From: an uncultured Acidobacteriota bacterium
GTDB lineage: Bacteria; Acidobacteriota; Thermoanaerobaculia; Gp7-AA8
DNA: 64,000 nt
Assembly: GCA_963741955.1 (NCBI GenBank)
Contig: CAVUKB010000007.1
Span: forward strand, 576,001 to 640,000
Direction of reading: 5' to 3'
Below are positions 18,373 through 30,265 of this stretch, piece after piece; the stretch's first letter is position 1, and each line of letters opens with the position of its first letter. The notes below the pieces were generated by a model. That model did not search any database. It was given only the letters and a program-made list of their open reading frames with translations, and was not told where the DNA came from. Position numbers and translations under genes: made by a program.

Positions 18373-19488
18373 ATGAAACTGGAGAAATCGATGAACGGAT
18401 TCAAGAATGCGAGCAGGAACATGCTCATCGCCGCGGCAGCGGTGCTGGGGACCGTGACGCTGATGGTCGGCTGCGCCCCTCAGGAGACCACGACCGGCGC
18501 GGCAAACAAGTCGGCGCCGGTTCGGCTGCAGGGAGCCGGATCCACGTTCGATACGCCGCTCTTTTCGAAGGTGTTCGACTCGTATCAGAAGCAGACCGGG
18601 GTCGAAGTCAACTATCAGTCGATCGGCAGCGGCGGCGGGGTGCAGCAGCTGATCAAGGGCATCGTCGACTTCGGCGCCAGCGATTACCCACTGAATGACG
18701 AGCAGACGAAGAACGCGGAAGCGGCCGGGGGCCCGGTGGTGCACGTACCGGTCACCATGGGCGCTGTCGCGATCGGCTACAACCTTCCGGTGGACGACCT
18801 CAAGCTCGATGGCGACACGCTCAGCGGGATCTACCTAGGGAAGATCACGAAATGGAACGACCCGAAGATCGCGGCGCTGAACCCGGGGGTGAAGCTCCCG
18901 AATACCGCGGTGGTGGTCGTGCATCGCGCCGAGGGAAGCGGAACCACGTTCATCTTCACGTCGTACCTCGCGGCAGTGAATCCGGAGTGGAAGTCGAAGG
19001 TCGGCGCATCGGGATCGGTGAGCTGGCCGGCGGGCGTCGGTGCGAAGGGGAGCGAAGGAGTCTCCGGTCAGGTGATCAACACCCCCGGTGCGATCGGCTA
19101 CTTCGAGCTCGCATACGCGAAGCAGAACAATATCAAGTCGGCGCTTTTGAAGAATGCGGCCGGAAAGTTCGTGGGACCAACCGCCGCAGGTGCCGCGGCG
19201 GCGGGAGCCGGGTCGGCGAGCAACATGCCGGCAGACCTGAAGGCGGTGTTCGTGAACGCGCCGGGCGAAGAGAGCTACCCGATCGCGGGGTTCAGCTGGA
19301 TCATCGTTTACCAGAATCAGAAGGACGCAGCGAAGGGGAAGGCCATGGTCGACATGCTGAAGTACGTGGTCACGACCGGACAGCAGTTCGCCGAGCCTCT
19401 CGACTACGCTCCTCTGCCGAAGGAAGTGCAGGATCTCGACCTGAAGGCGATCGCGACGATCAATGTCGCCGGTCAGGCGCAGCAATAG
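18373..19488 (+). CDS. pstS: Phosphate ABC transporter substrate-binding lipoprotein
   Basis: GAGST, YQSIGSGGG, DFGASD, RAEGSGTT, YPIAGFSW; lipobox MVGC. Confidence 0.96.
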   Translation: MKLEKSMNGFKNASRNMLIAAAAVLGTVTLMVGCAPQETTTGAANKSAPVRLQGAGSTFDTPLFSKVFDSYQKQTGVEVNYQSIGSGGGVQQLIKGIVDFGASDYPLNDEQTKNAEAAGGPVVHVPVTMGAVAIGYNLPVDDLKLDGDTLSGIYLGKITKWNDPKIAALNPGVKLPNTAVVVVHRAEGSGTTFIFTSYLAAVNPEWKSKVGASGSVSWPAGVGAKGSEGVSGQVINTPGAIGYFELAYAKQNNIKSALLKNAAGKFVGPTAAGAAAAGAGSASNMPADLKAVFVNAPGEESYPIAGFSWIIVYQNQKDAAKGKAMVDMLKYVVTTGQQFAEPLDYAPLPKEVQDLDLKAIATINVAGQAQQ

Positions 19489-19648
19489 CGTGAAGGAAGA
19501 GTGATCGGGTCGTTCCGTCCCGATGTGTTCCGGCCGGCCGTCGCGGCGTACCGCGGCGACCGGCCTGTCGTCATCCATCGGCTGATCGTTCCGGCTGCGG
19601 CGCCAGCCCGCGAGGCGGGACGCCCATACGAACTCCAATCGAGGCTCC

Positions 19649-20632
19649 GTGAAACAGATGGGACAATCGAACGAAAAAGGACTTTCCCGAAGAGGCGTCA
19701 GTGAAGACCGCCTCTTTCGGATCGGGACCGGAGTGGTCGCGATCCTGGTCATCCTGACGGTGGTCGGCATCGGGTGGGAGCTGGGCGTGCAGTCGCAGCT
19801 CTCGATCCGCAAATTCGGTTTCGGATTCTGGACCAGCTCGAAGTGGGATCCGGTCTCCGGCGAATTCGGCGCGTTGCCGTTCATCTGGGGGACTCTTTAC
19901 TCCTCGGTGCTCGCCCTTCTGATCTCCACTCCGATCGCGCTCGGGATCGCGATCTACATCTCCGAGGTCTCCCCGCGGGTGCTTCGAGGGCCTCTCGCGT
20001 TCCTGACGGAGCTTCTCGCCGCGATTCCTTCCATCGTGTACGGACTCTGGGGCATCTTCGTGATGGTGCCGGTGATCCGGCGTCTGGAACTGTTCACTCC
20101 GGAGTGGCTGAAGCACGTGCCGCTCTTTTCGGGGCCGCCACTGGGGGTCGGAATGCTCTCGGCGGCGCTGATCCTGGCGATCATGGTCATTCCGTACACG
20201 TCGTCGGTGGCCCGCGAGATCCTCAAGAACGTCCCTATGGCGCAAAGGGAAGCGGCGTACGCGCTCGGCGCGACGAAATGGGAAGCGGTAATGGCCGCGA
20301 TCTCGTACGGAAAGAGCGGAATCATCGGCGCGATCATGCTCGGGTTCGGACGTGCGCTCGGCGAGACGATGGCGGTGACGATGCTGATCGGAAATTCGCC
20401 GCAGGTCAGTCTCTCGCTGTATAAGCCGCAGTACACCATGGCAGCGGTGATCGCGAACGAGTTCACCGAGGCGGCGGACGAGCTCTACCTCCACGCGCTG
20501 ATCGAGATCGGGCTGGTGCTCTTCGTCATCACCATCGCAGTGAACGCACTCTCGCGTCTGCTGATCTGGAGTATGAATCGGAAGCTGGCTACCAGGCCTC
20601 CCCTGGCGGCACCATTGGAGGAGCCGTCATGA
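19649..20632 (+). CDS. pstC: Phosphate ABC transporter permease
   Basis: ELLAAIPSIVYGLWG, EAAYALGAT, GRALGETMA. Confidence 0.96.
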   Translation: MKQMGQSNEKGLSRRGVSEDRLFRIGTGVVAILVILTVVGIGWELGVQSQLSIRKFGFGFWTSSKWDPVSGEFGALPFIWGTLYSSVLALLISTPIALGIAIYISEVSPRVLRGPLAFLTELLAAIPSIVYGLWGIFVMVPVIRRLELFTPEWLKHVPLFSGPPLGVGMLSAALILAIMVIPYTSSVAREILKNVPMAQREAAYALGATKWEAVMAAISYGKSGIIGAIMLGFGRALGETMAVTMLIGNSPQVSLSLYKPQYTMAAVIANEFTEAADELYLHALIEIGLVLFVITIAVNALSRLLIWSMNRKLATRPPLAAPLEEPS

Positions 20633-21477
20633 AGAATCAGAAGCGGCGGAAGATCATCTCTTCGCTCGCAGTTGCCTTCTGCGGATTTTCGGTGCTGATC
20701 GCTCTGGTCCCCCTGGTGCTGATCCTCTTTTACGTGATCGTGCACGGATTCGGCGCGATGAACCTGTCGTTCTTCACGCACATGCCGAAGCCGGTCGGAG
20801 AGCCGGGAGGGGGGATGGCCAACTCGATCGTCGGGACGTTGATCCTGATCGCGATCGCGGCGGTGGTCGCCGTGCCGGTCGGAGTGATCGGCGGCGTTCA
20901 TCTCTCGGAGTATCCGAAGAGCCGGCTGTCGAACGCGGTCCGCTTTGCGGCGGATGTGCTCAACGGCGTTCCGTCGATCGTGGTCGGCGTTTTCGCGTAC
21001 ACCATTCTGGTTCTGCCGATCAAGCGTTTCACGGCGATGGCAGGAGGTGTGGCGCTCGGAATCCTGATGGTTCCGATCGTGCTGAGGACGACGGAAGAGC
21101 TGCTGCGACTGGTTCCGGGCGGATTGCGCGAAGGGGCGCTGGCGCTCGGCGCAACCCGGAGCCGGGCGGTCTTCAGCGTGATTCTTCCGGCCGCGCTCCC
21201 GGGCATTCTGACCGGAATTCTGGTTGCTCTCTCCCGCGTTGCCGGGGAAACGGCACCCCTTCTGTTCACGTCGTTCAATAACCGCTTCTGGTCGACCAGC
21301 CTGTGGCAGCCGATCTCGTCTCTGACGGTACAGGTCTACACGTACGCGATCGCGCCCTACAAGGAATGGCATGAGCAGGCATGGGCGGGATCATTTCTGC
21401 TGGTGATGATCATTCTCACGATCTCGCTGCTGGCGCGCTTTGCGGTGCGCAGACTCGACCGGATGAACCGGCGATGA
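20629..21477 (+). CDS. pstA: Phosphate ABC transporter permease
   Basis: [26 protein letters not shown]; overlaps pstC stop (ATGA). Confidence 0.96.
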   Translation: MKNQKRRKIISSLAVAFCGFSVLIALVPLVLILFYVIVHGFGAMNLSFFTHMPKPVGEPGGGMANSIVGTLILIAIAAVVAVPVGVIGGVHLSEYPKSRLSNAVRFAADVLNGVPSIVVGVFAYTILVLPIKRFTAMAGGVALGILMVPIVLRTTEELLRLVPGGLREGALALGATRSRAVFSVILPAALPGILTGILVALSRVAGETAPLLFTSFNNRFWSTSLWQPISSLTVQVYTYAIAPYKEWHEQAWAGSFLLVMIILTISLLARFAVRRLDRMNRR

Positions 21478-21515
21478 ACCGGCAGGAGATGAATCGGGCG
21501 GAGGAACAGGAGACA

Positions 21516-22349
21516 ATGTCAGTCGTTGAATTCAGCAGGGGACTGCAGGAACCAGAGATGACCACATCCGCTTCACCGGCTCCGCAATCGGCGGCCGCTC
21601 CGAAGATCGAAGTGAAGGACTTCGATTTCTACTACGGTCCGGCCAAGGTGCTGCACGGGATCGATCTCGAGATTCCCGAGAACGAGGTCACTGCACTGAT
21701 CGGACCTTCCGGCTGCGGGAAGTCGACCTTCCTTCGCTCCATCAACCGGATGAACGACATCATCCCGGACGCGCGTGGGGAAGGGCTGATCTCACTCGAC
21801 GGACAGAACCTTTACGCTCCGGGCGTAGACGTGGTGGAGCTTCGCCGCCGGGTAGGGATGGTGTTCCAGAAATCGAATCCCTTCCCGAAGTCGATTTTCG
21901 ACAACGTCGCGTACGGACCGCGCATCGGCGGGCTGCGCGACAAGCGTCGCCTGGCCGAGTTGGTGGAGAAGTCGCTGGTGCGCGCGGCGCTGTGGGACGA
22001 GGTGAAGGACCGTTTGCAGACCAGTGCGATGGCCCTCTCCGGTGGCCAGCAGCAGCGGCTCTGCATCGCGCGGACGCTGGCGGTCGATCCGGAAGTGGTG
22101 CTGATGGACGAGCCTGCGTCGGCGCTCGACCCGATCGCCACCGGAAAGATCGAAGAACTGATCTACGAGCTGAAGGACAACTACACCATCGTGATCGTGA
22201 CCCACAACATGCAGCAGGCGGCGCGCGTGTCGGATCACACTGCATTCTTCATGATGGGAAAGCTGGTGGAGTACGGCGACACGAAGACTATTTTCATGAA
22301 TCCGAAGCAAAAGATGACCGAGGAGTACATCACCGGCCGGTTCGGATGA
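21516..22349 (+). CDS. pstB: Phosphate ABC transporter ATP-binding protein
   Basis: [38 protein letters not shown]; alternative start at 21474. Confidence 0.96.
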   Translation: MSVVEFSRGLQEPEMTTSASPAPQSAAAPKIEVKDFDFYYGPAKVLHGIDLEIPENEVTALIGPSGCGKSTFLRSINRMNDIIPDARGEGLISLDGQNLYAPGVDVVELRRRVGMVFQKSNPFPKSIFDNVAYGPRIGGLRDKRRLAELVEKSLVRAALWDEVKDRLQTSAMALSGGQQQRLCIARTLAVDPEVVLMDEPASALDPIATGKIEELIYELKDNYTIVIVTHNMQQAARVSDHTAFFMMGKLVEYGDTKTIFMNPKQKMTEEYITGRFG

Positions 22350-22378
22350 TCGGTTCGTGAAGGGAACGGGAACGAGGC

Positions 22379-23053
22379 ATGTTCAGACATTTCGATGCAG
22401 AACTGCAGCAGCTCAAGGAGCTGCTGCTGCAGATGGGCGGACTGGTCGAGCAGTCGATCCACGATTCGATCAGGGCGCTTCTGGAGCGTGACACTGCGCT
22501 GGCGGAGGTCGTGATCGCGCGCGACGAGGAGATCGACCGGCTGGAGCTGGAGATCGACGAGAAGACGATCTCGCTCATTGCGACGATGCAGCCGACCGCG
22601 ATCGACCTCCGTTACATCGCGACGATGATGAAGATCACCCCGGAGCTCGAACGGATCGCTGATCTCGCGGCCGACGTCTGCGAACGGGCGATCGAACTGA
22701 ATCGCGAGTCGCAGCTCAAGCCGCTGATCGACATCCCCCGGCTGGCGCAGAGCGCGGAGTCGATGGTGCACGAGGCGCTCGATGCATTCGTCCGGAAGGA
22801 CGCGCGGCTCGCGCGCGAAGTGATCGCGGCCGACGACGTCGTGGACGAGCTGACGGTGCAGTCTTTCCGGGAGCTTCTCACCTACATGATGGAAGACAGC
22901 CGCAACGTCTCGCGGGCCATCCGCCTGACCTTCGTCGGGAAGTATTTCGAGCGCATCGGCGACGCGGCGACGAACATCTGCGAGATGGTGGTGTTCATGG
23001 TCGAAGGGAAAGTGATCAAACATGCAGGGACGGGAGAGAGCGTCGCGTCCTGA
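22379..23053 (+). CDS. phoU: Phosphate signalling complex protein PhoU
   Basis: QPTAIDLR, LERIADLA, FERIGDAATNI. Confidence 0.95.
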   Translation: MFRHFDAELQQLKELLLQMGGLVEQSIHDSIRALLERDTALAEVVIARDEEIDRLELEIDEKTISLIATMQPTAIDLRYIATMMKITPELERIADLAADVCERAIELNRESQLKPLIDIPRLAQSAESMVHEALDAFVRKDARLAREVIAADDVVDELTVQSFRELLTYMMEDSRNVSRAIRLTFVGKYFERIGDAATNICEMVVFMVEGKVIKHAGTGESVAS

Positions 23054-23063
23054 CACCGGTCCG

Positions 23064-23768
23064 ATGAAGAGAATCGCGCTGATCGAGGACGATCGGGATC
23101 TCGCCTTCACCATCCGGCTCAATCTGGAGCGGGAGGGTTATTCCGTGGAGCACTTCTCGAACGGGCAGGAGGGACTCGTCTCGGTGCAGCACGGCGCGTT
23201 CGACTTCCTGATCCTCGATCTGAACCTTCCCGACCTCGACGGCTTCACGATCTGCCGCGAGCTGCGGCGCGATCCGGCGACGAGTTCAATTCCGATACTC
23301 ATGCTGACCGCGCGCACCGGAGAGCGTGACCGGGTGACCGGTCTCGAGCTCGGCGCCGATGACTACGTCGCGAAGCCTTTCTCCACCCGCGAGCTGATCG
23401 CCCGTGTCGCAGCGATCCTGCGGAGGAGCGGAGGAGCGGGGATGAACGAGGACTCGCTCTACGAGGATCGCGATCTGAAGGTGGATGGTCGCACGTTTCA
23501 GGTCTTTCTGGAGGGGACGGAGGTGCGGCTCGCCCGAAAGGAATTCGAGCTTCTCTGGATGCTGATCCGGAACCGCCCCGCGGTCGTTTCGCGGGACCGG
23601 ATTCTCTCCGAGATCTGGCGAGTCGCAGAGGACGTGGAGACGCGGACCGTCGACGCGCACATCCGCAATCTCCGGAAGAAGATCGGCAAGAGCCGCATCA
23701 CCACCGTGATTGGTCTCGGATACCGGTTCGAGCCCGGGGACGTGGTCTCCTCGACGCCGGCGGAATGA
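23064..23768 (+). CDS. phoB: OmpR/PhoB-family response regulator
   Basis: IEDD, LDLNLP, GADDYVAKPF, RTVDAHIRNLRKK; symbol assigned from pst-phoU context. Confidence 0.85.
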   Translation: MKRIALIEDDRDLAFTIRLNLEREGYSVEHFSNGQEGLVSVQHGAFDFLILDLNLPDLDGFTICRELRRDPATSSIPILMLTARTGERDRVTGLELGADDYVAKPFSTRELIARVAAILRRSGGAGMNEDSLYEDRDLKVDGRTFQVFLEGTEVRLARKEFELLWMLIRNRPAVVSRDRILSEIWRVAEDVETRTVDAHIRNLRKKIGKSRITTVIGLGYRFEPGDVVSSTPAE

Positions 23769-23769
23769 C

Positions 23770-25137
23770 ATGAGCTCGATCCGTCACTACTGGCTCGCCA
23801 CGCTGGTCATCGCGGTTCTCCTCTCGATCGCCATCGGGCTCGCGATCGGACTGGTTCACGAGGCCGTGCCCGGAGCGCCGCGGCAGGCGGTGCTGGCTGC
23901 CGCCGGGCTGATCGCTGCGGCGCTGATCGTGTTTCTCTTCGTCGCCCACCGCTGGGCGGGGGGCCGTGTCGACGCCGTACTCCAGCTCTCCGCTCGCGGT
24001 CGCGCCCTCCTGGGAGGAGACGTCCACTCTGCGGTCGGGCTCGGGGGACTGAACGAGCTCGATGAGCTCCAGACGACCGTGGAGAGTCTGGTCGCTGCGA
24101 TCCAGCGGGAACGCACCGCTGCGAACGAGCGCCGGGCTCTGATCGCCGAGATCGTCAATGGCGTTCCGGAAGGAATGATCGCGATCGACGGGCGTCGCGG
24201 TATCGTTCTCGCCAACCAGAGGTTTCAGGACCTGTTCCATGCAACGGGTCCGGTGGTCGGGCTTTCGCTGGTCGAGCTCGTGCGCAATCCCGCGGTGACT
24301 GGTGCGTTCGATCGGGCGCTGAAGGGCGAACAGGCGGTGCAGCGGACGACCCTGGTGGTCGGCTCCGAGCAGCGACAAATCGAGATCCGTGTCTCCCCGG
24401 TCGAGTCGTCATCCGAGGTCGCGGCGGTGGCTCTCTTCATCGACGTGACGGAGATCGAGCGGCTGGAGAGGATCCGGCGCGAGTTCCTCGACGACTTCTC
24501 GCACGAGGTACGGACGCCACTGGCGGGACTCAAGAGCGCGCTGGAGACGCTCGAGGGCGAAGGTCTCTCGGAGAGTGACGAGGAGCATCTCCGCCACATC
24601 ATCGACCGCCAGATCGCACGGCTCGAGTCGCTCACCCGCGACATCGCGGAGCTCAACCGGATCGAATCGCGCGAGATCGAGTTGCGGCGCGAAGAGACGG
24701 ATCTGCTCGAACTGGCGCGTGACGCGGTCGGTGCGTTCACCGCCTCCCGCCCCGATCTCCGGATCCCGGTGAACGTGATCGGAACGGAAACCTACGCGAC
24801 GGTGGACCGCTCCAGGGTCGAACAGATGCTCCTCAATCTCATCGACAACGCCGTCAAGCACGCGGCGAACGGCGAGGTGACCATCCAGGTCGCCGATGCG
24901 GCGGACGAGGCCGTCCTCCGGGTCTCCGATCGGGGCGAAGGAATCCCGGTCGACGAGCAGCGCCGCATCTTCCACCGGTTCTACCGGGTGGACAAGAGCC
25001 GTTCACAGGACGTCCCGGGAAGCGGGCTCGGTCTCGCCATCACCAAGCATCTCGTTCTCGCTCACGGAGGAACCATCCGCGTGCAGAGCGAGGTCGGGAA
25101 GGGCTCCGCTTTCGAGATCCGTCTTCCGAAAGAATAG
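23770..25137 (+). CDS. phoR: PhoR-like sensor histidine kinase
   Basis: Two TM, PAS, SHEVRTPL, RFYRVDKSRS, GSGLGLAI; symbol assigned from context. Confidence 0.85.
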   Translation: MSSIRHYWLATLVIAVLLSIAIGLAIGLVHEAVPGAPRQAVLAAAGLIAAALIVFLFVAHRWAGGRVDAVLQLSARGRALLGGDVHSAVGLGGLNELDELQTTVESLVAAIQRERTAANERRALIAEIVNGVPEGMIAIDGRRGIVLANQRFQDLFHATGPVVGLSLVELVRNPAVTGAFDRALKGEQAVQRTTLVVGSEQRQIEIRVSPVESSSEVAAVALFIDVTEIERLERIRREFLDDFSHEVRTPLAGLKSALETLEGEGLSESDEEHLRHIIDRQIARLESLTRDIAELNRIESREIELRREETDLLELARDAVGAFTASRPDLRIPVNVIGTETYATVDRSRVEQMLLNLIDNAVKHAANGEVTIQVADAADEAVLRVSDRGEGIPVDEQRRIFHRFYRVDKSRSQDVPGSGLGLAITKHLVLAHGGTIRVQSEVGKGSAFEIRLPKE

Positions 25138-25262
25138 CGGGGCTCGTGGGCCGTCGCGGCGGTCCGTATCCGTCGTTCAGCCGAACATTCAGGGCGATCT
25201 CGACCGGCGATCGAGTCGGTTCCGCATGCGGTCGCGAAGCGCGCTTCATGACGCGGTGACGG

Positions 25263-25604
25263 TCACCGCTCCGGGAATCTGCGCGAGAACCGATTGATGA
25301 GGAAGAGGAGGGGGAAGATCGCGAGGAGTGGAACGGCCATGTAGACCGGAGCCCACGCGCTGGTCGGCGAAGGAGCATCCGCCCTTCCGAAGTATCCGAA
25401 CGCAGTGAGAAGGATGCCGAACAGCAGGAAGAGCTTTCCGCCATAAGCGTTGATCGCATACCAGTTCTCCTCGGAGACGAACGCACGCTTTGTCCGGATG
25501 CCGTAGAGGCGGTTTCGAGGAACCATCCCGAGGATCAGGGGGAGAGAGACGAGTATGGTGACGATCCCCATACTCAGGTGGACATACGGAATCGGCACGA
25601 CCAT
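25263..25604 (-). CDS. SdpI/YhfL family membrane protein
   Basis: VPRNRLYGIRT...SEENWYAINAYGG signature. Confidence 0.8.
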   Translation of the reverse strand: MVVPIPYVHLSMGIVTILVSLPLILGMVPRNRLYGIRTKRAFVSEENWYAINAYGGKLFLLFGILLTAFGYFGRADAPSPTSAWAPVYMAVPLLAIFPLLFLINRFSRRFPER

Positions 25605-25729
25605 AGGCGTCTCCTCAGGCTCGATTGTAGTTCGTTCCGTCGCGCCGGCGAAAAGGGAGGCGCGCACAACCACGATCGTTGGAGTCGGATCTCTTCGAAG
25701 GAGTCGGTTCGAGCGCTGGAGTCGAGGAG

Positions 25730-25936
25730 TCAGAACCATCCCTTGTGCCGGCCGACCGGGAGGACGCTCACGACTGCGCCGACGAGAAAGACGAGGAGGG
25801 CGTTGGAGAGGAAATAGGGATAGACGACCAGAACGAATCCCGACAGGAGGAATCCGGTGTTCTGCTCTCGCCAGCCGTACAGCAGATAGCCGCTCCCGAT
25901 GGCGCCGAACAGAATATCGAATATCAACGAGATCAT
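25730..25936 (-). CDS. Small membrane protein (68 aa)
   Basis: LFGAIGSGYLLYGW...VVYPYF, a hydrophobic small-protein pattern. Confidence 0.65.
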   Translation of the reverse strand: MISLIFDILFGAIGSGYLLYGWREQNTGFLLSGFVLVVYPYFLSNALLVFLVGAVVSVLPVGRHKGWF

Positions 25937-26156
25937 GGCTTGCCGGGAATCCGAACGGTGGATCGCTGAACTGCTTCCGCAGGAGGAGTGTTCCTGCCGC
26001 GCGAACTCCCGGAAGCATTCTACGCCCGAGGGCCGGAGCCGGGCGCACTGGGTGCGCTCACCCGCGGAGATAAGATGCGCGAGTGACCCGCCGTACGAGA
26101 CGGCGGATCGACGAGCGTATCCGTGAGTGACGCCGGACGGGAAAAGGAGAAGACCC

Positions 26157-27515
26157 ATGGAACCATTTCGATTTCACATCTTCGCGTGCGAACAGCAGAA
26201 GCCTGAGGGCGTTCCTTCCTGTCCGGCGAACGGGTCGGCGCAGACGATGGAGGCGCTGCGGAAGGAGATCGCAGCACGCGGACTGCTGGACGAGGTGCAG
26301 ATCACATCCTGCGGATCGCTCGGGCTCTGCGAGCGCGGTCCGAACATGGTCGTCTATCCGGGAGGGTTCTGGTATTCGGGCGTGAAGCCGGAGGACGTTC
26401 CGGAGCTCGTGGAGAGTCATTTCGTGAAGGACCGCCCGCTCGAGCGTCTGTTGAATCGGGACGAGAACGCGGTGGCGGCCGAGGTTCGCATGAATCGCGA
26501 CCGCTACCTCGCCGCCCGTCGGGCCGCGGAAGCCGCGGGGACGATGCCGCCGGAGTGGAGCGCGATGATCCGTGGATATCAGGACAGCCGCACGTTCCTC
26601 ACCGCGATCGAGATGGATCTCTTTTCTGCGGTGGGCGAGGGGTGCACCGCGTCGGAGGTCGCGAAACAGACCGGCGCGAGCGAGCGGGGGATCGAGCTGA
26701 TTCTGAACGCGCTGACGGCGATGGGCTTCCTCACCAAGCGCGATTCGACGTTCGCCTGCACGCCGGAGGCGGAGCGCTTCTTCGCCGTCGGTGGAGAGCA
26801 CGATGCGCGGGCGGCGATGATGCACCACTCGGCGCTGTGGCGACGGTGGTCCAACCTGACCGACTCCGTCCGCTCGGGAACCGCGGCCGGATACGAGGAG
26901 ATGAGCGATCGCGGTCAGGGATGGACGCGCGCGTTCATCGCAGCGATGCATCGCAACGCTTCCGGGCATGCGCCGATCGTCGCGCGTGCAGTCGGATTGA
27001 CCGGAGTTCGGCGGATGCTCGACGTCGGCGGTGGGTCGGGAGCGTATTCGATCGCGTTCGCGAAGGCGAATCCGGAACTGCACGCGCAGGTCTTCGACCT
27101 GGAGACGGTTCTTCCGATCACGCTCGGGCACATCCACGACGCGGGCGTCGAGGATCGAGTGACGGTCAAGGCGGGCGATCTGCGCCACGATCGATTCGGA
27201 GAGGGGTTCGACCTCGTTCTCCTCTCGGCGATCTGCCATATGCTGGACGAAGCGGAGAATCAGGATCTGCTCCGCCGCTGCTTCGACGCGATCAGCCCGG
27301 GCGGGCGCATCGTGATCCAGGATTTCATTCTCGAAGCGAACGGCACCGCGCCGAGAACCGGAGCCCTCTTCTCTCTGAACATGCTGGTCGGGACGAAGGG
27401 AGGGAGGAGCTTCACCGGTGAGGAGTACCAGGGGTGGCTGGGAGGGGCAGGATTCGAGAACGTGCGATACGTGAACCTGCCCGGGCCAACCGGGCTGATG
27501 ATCGGGTCTAAGTGA
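26157..27515 (+). CDS. Thioredoxin-like [2Fe-2S] ferredoxin fused to class I SAM O-methyltransferase
   Basis: N-terminus FACEQQK...SC...CGSLGLCERGPNMVVYP; C-terminus with dimerisation region and LDVGGGSG. Confidence 0.85.
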   Translation: MEPFRFHIFACEQQKPEGVPSCPANGSAQTMEALRKEIAARGLLDEVQITSCGSLGLCERGPNMVVYPGGFWYSGVKPEDVPELVESHFVKDRPLERLLNRDENAVAAEVRMNRDRYLAARRAAEAAGTMPPEWSAMIRGYQDSRTFLTAIEMDLFSAVGEGCTASEVAKQTGASERGIELILNALTAMGFLTKRDSTFACTPEAERFFAVGGEHDARAAMMHHSALWRRWSNLTDSVRSGTAAGYEEMSDRGQGWTRAFIAAMHRNASGHAPIVARAVGLTGVRRMLDVGGGSGAYSIAFAKANPELHAQVFDLETVLPITLGHIHDAGVEDRVTVKAGDLRHDRFGEGFDLVLLSAICHMLDEAENQDLLRRCFDAISPGGRIVIQDFILEANGTAPRTGALFSLNMLVGTKGGRSFTGEEYQGWLGGAGFENVRYVNLPGPTGLMIGSK

Positions 27516-27655
27516 CTGGAGCGAGGAGCGCTACGGCTCGGGCCGCGAGATCCCCTCTCCCGGCGCGCGCTCCGGCCGGGGTCGCCTTCGGGGCAGAATT
27601 TTTCCGCTATACTCGGCGTTCCTGAGACGAGTCACTATTGAAAGGTCTGAATCGA

Positions 27656-27865
27656 ATGAAGGCGAATCTCCATCCCGAATACCACGATGTCGAAGTCCAC
27701 TGCGCCTGCGGCGAGAGCTGGACGACCCGATCGACGAAGAAGGATCTCCGCATCGAGATCTGCTCGAAGTGCCACCCGTTCTACACCGGAAAGCAGAAGC
27801 TGGTCGACTCCGCCGGACGCATCGACCGCTTTCAGCAGAGGTACGCGAAGAAGGCGAAGGCCTGA
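27656..27865 (+). CDS. rpmE: 50S ribosomal protein L31 (Zn-binding type)
   Basis: [25 protein letters not shown]. Confidence 0.97.
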   Translation: MKANLHPEYHDVEVHCACGESWTTRSTKKDLRIEICSKCHPFYTGKQKLVDSAGRIDRFQQRYAKKAKA

Positions 27866-28887
27866 TGCTGAAGGCTCTCCGTCGTGGCTGGATCGATTCG
27901 GCGCGGCTTTTTGCCGGGCTGTTCAATTCGGTCACGAACGGACTCACTTCGTCCATGCCGACGGGCGCCGAGCGCAATGTCGACATGCTGATCGGCGGCC
28001 AGGCGGTGATCGAGGGCGTGATGATGCGCTCGCTCACCGGCTACACGGTGGCCGTCCGCCAGCCGGACGGAGGCATCAGCCTGAAGAAAGACAGGCTTGT
28101 CTCGATCGCGAAGAAGTACCCGTTCCTGAAGCTTCCGATCCTGCGGGGATCGGTGGTGCTGATCCAGTCGCTGATTCTCGGTATCCGTGCCCTGAACTTC
28201 TCGGCCAGCGTCTCGTCGGCCGGTGAGGAGGGAGAGCCCGAAGTCTCGAACTGGGCCATTGCGGGATCGATGGTCTTCGCCCTCGCGCTGGGCGTGGTGG
28301 TGTTCATCCTCGCCCCTCTCTGGCTCACCAGCCTCCTGCGGCACTACGTCTTCCCCGGAATGGGAAACTTCACCTACAACATCGTGGACGGCCTGATCCG
28401 CGCGGTCTTCTTCTTCGCGTACATCGGTTCGATCTCGATGATGAAGGAGATCCGGCGGGTGTTTCAGTATCACGGCGCCGAGCACAAGACGGTCTACACG
28501 TTCGAAGCGGACGAAGAGCTGACGGTCGAGAACGCGCGCGGGAAGTCGACGCTCCACCCTCGCTGCGGGACGAGCTTCCTCCTGTTCGTCATGGCGATCT
28601 CGATCATCGTCTTCTCGCTCGTTCCCTCGGCGGCTCCCTTCTACGTGAAGTTCGGAGCGCGGGTGGTTCTGATTCCGCTGATCGCGGGGATCGCTTACGA
28701 GATCATCCGCTTCTCGGCCCGCCACCTCGACAACCCGGCCTGCCGGGTGCTGGTCAAGCCGGGGATGTGGCTGCAGAAGATCACCACCAAAGAGCCGGAC
28801 GACTCGCAGCTCGAGGTGGCGATCGTGGCGCTCCGCGAGGCTCTTATGTACGACGCCGTCGAGCCCGACCAGGCAGCCGTCGCTTAG
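27865..28887 (+). CDS. DUF1385 membrane protein
   Basis: GGQAVIEGVMMR, YHGAEHK, HPRCGTSF, TTKEPDD; conserved rpmE-prfA context. Confidence 0.92.
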   Translation: MLKALRRGWIDSARLFAGLFNSVTNGLTSSMPTGAERNVDMLIGGQAVIEGVMMRSLTGYTVAVRQPDGGISLKKDRLVSIAKKYPFLKLPILRGSVVLIQSLILGIRALNFSASVSSAGEEGEPEVSNWAIAGSMVFALALGVVVFILAPLWLTSLLRHYVFPGMGNFTYNIVDGLIRAVFFFAYIGSISMMKEIRRVFQYHGAEHKTVYTFEADEELTVENARGKSTLHPRCGTSFLLFVMAISIIVFSLVPSAAPFYVKFGARVVLIPLIAGIAYEIIRFSARHLDNPACRVLVKPGMWLQKITTKEPDDSQLEVAIVALREALMYDAVEPDQAAVA

Positions 28888-28995
28888 CTTCGCCGCTCGA
28901 ATGGATCCCGGAAGGTGCCGTGAGGTGCCTTCTATTTTTTTGTGCCGGCCGCGCCCGGATGGATCTCTCGGCCGCGGCCTGATGACGGGTGAACG

Positions 28996-30087
<1,092 letters not shown>

Positions 30088-30265
30088 GCGCGCCGCCGTG
30101 CGGCAGTACCCAGCGCGTTTCGAGAAGGCACTCGCCCGGCGGATCCTCCTCCGGAACAGTTCGGGCCGGCGGCGCCGCGGCGGATCGCCTGAAGCTCTCT
30201 TCGACTGTTTCCCGCTCTTCGCTCCATGTATCATCCGGAAGCCACGAAAGGAGAGCTCACTCACG

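Noticed and set aside
21463-21500. ATGAA(C/T)CGG repeated three times at the pstA-pstB junction
   Set aside because: Short local duplication; only makes the pstB start ambiguous
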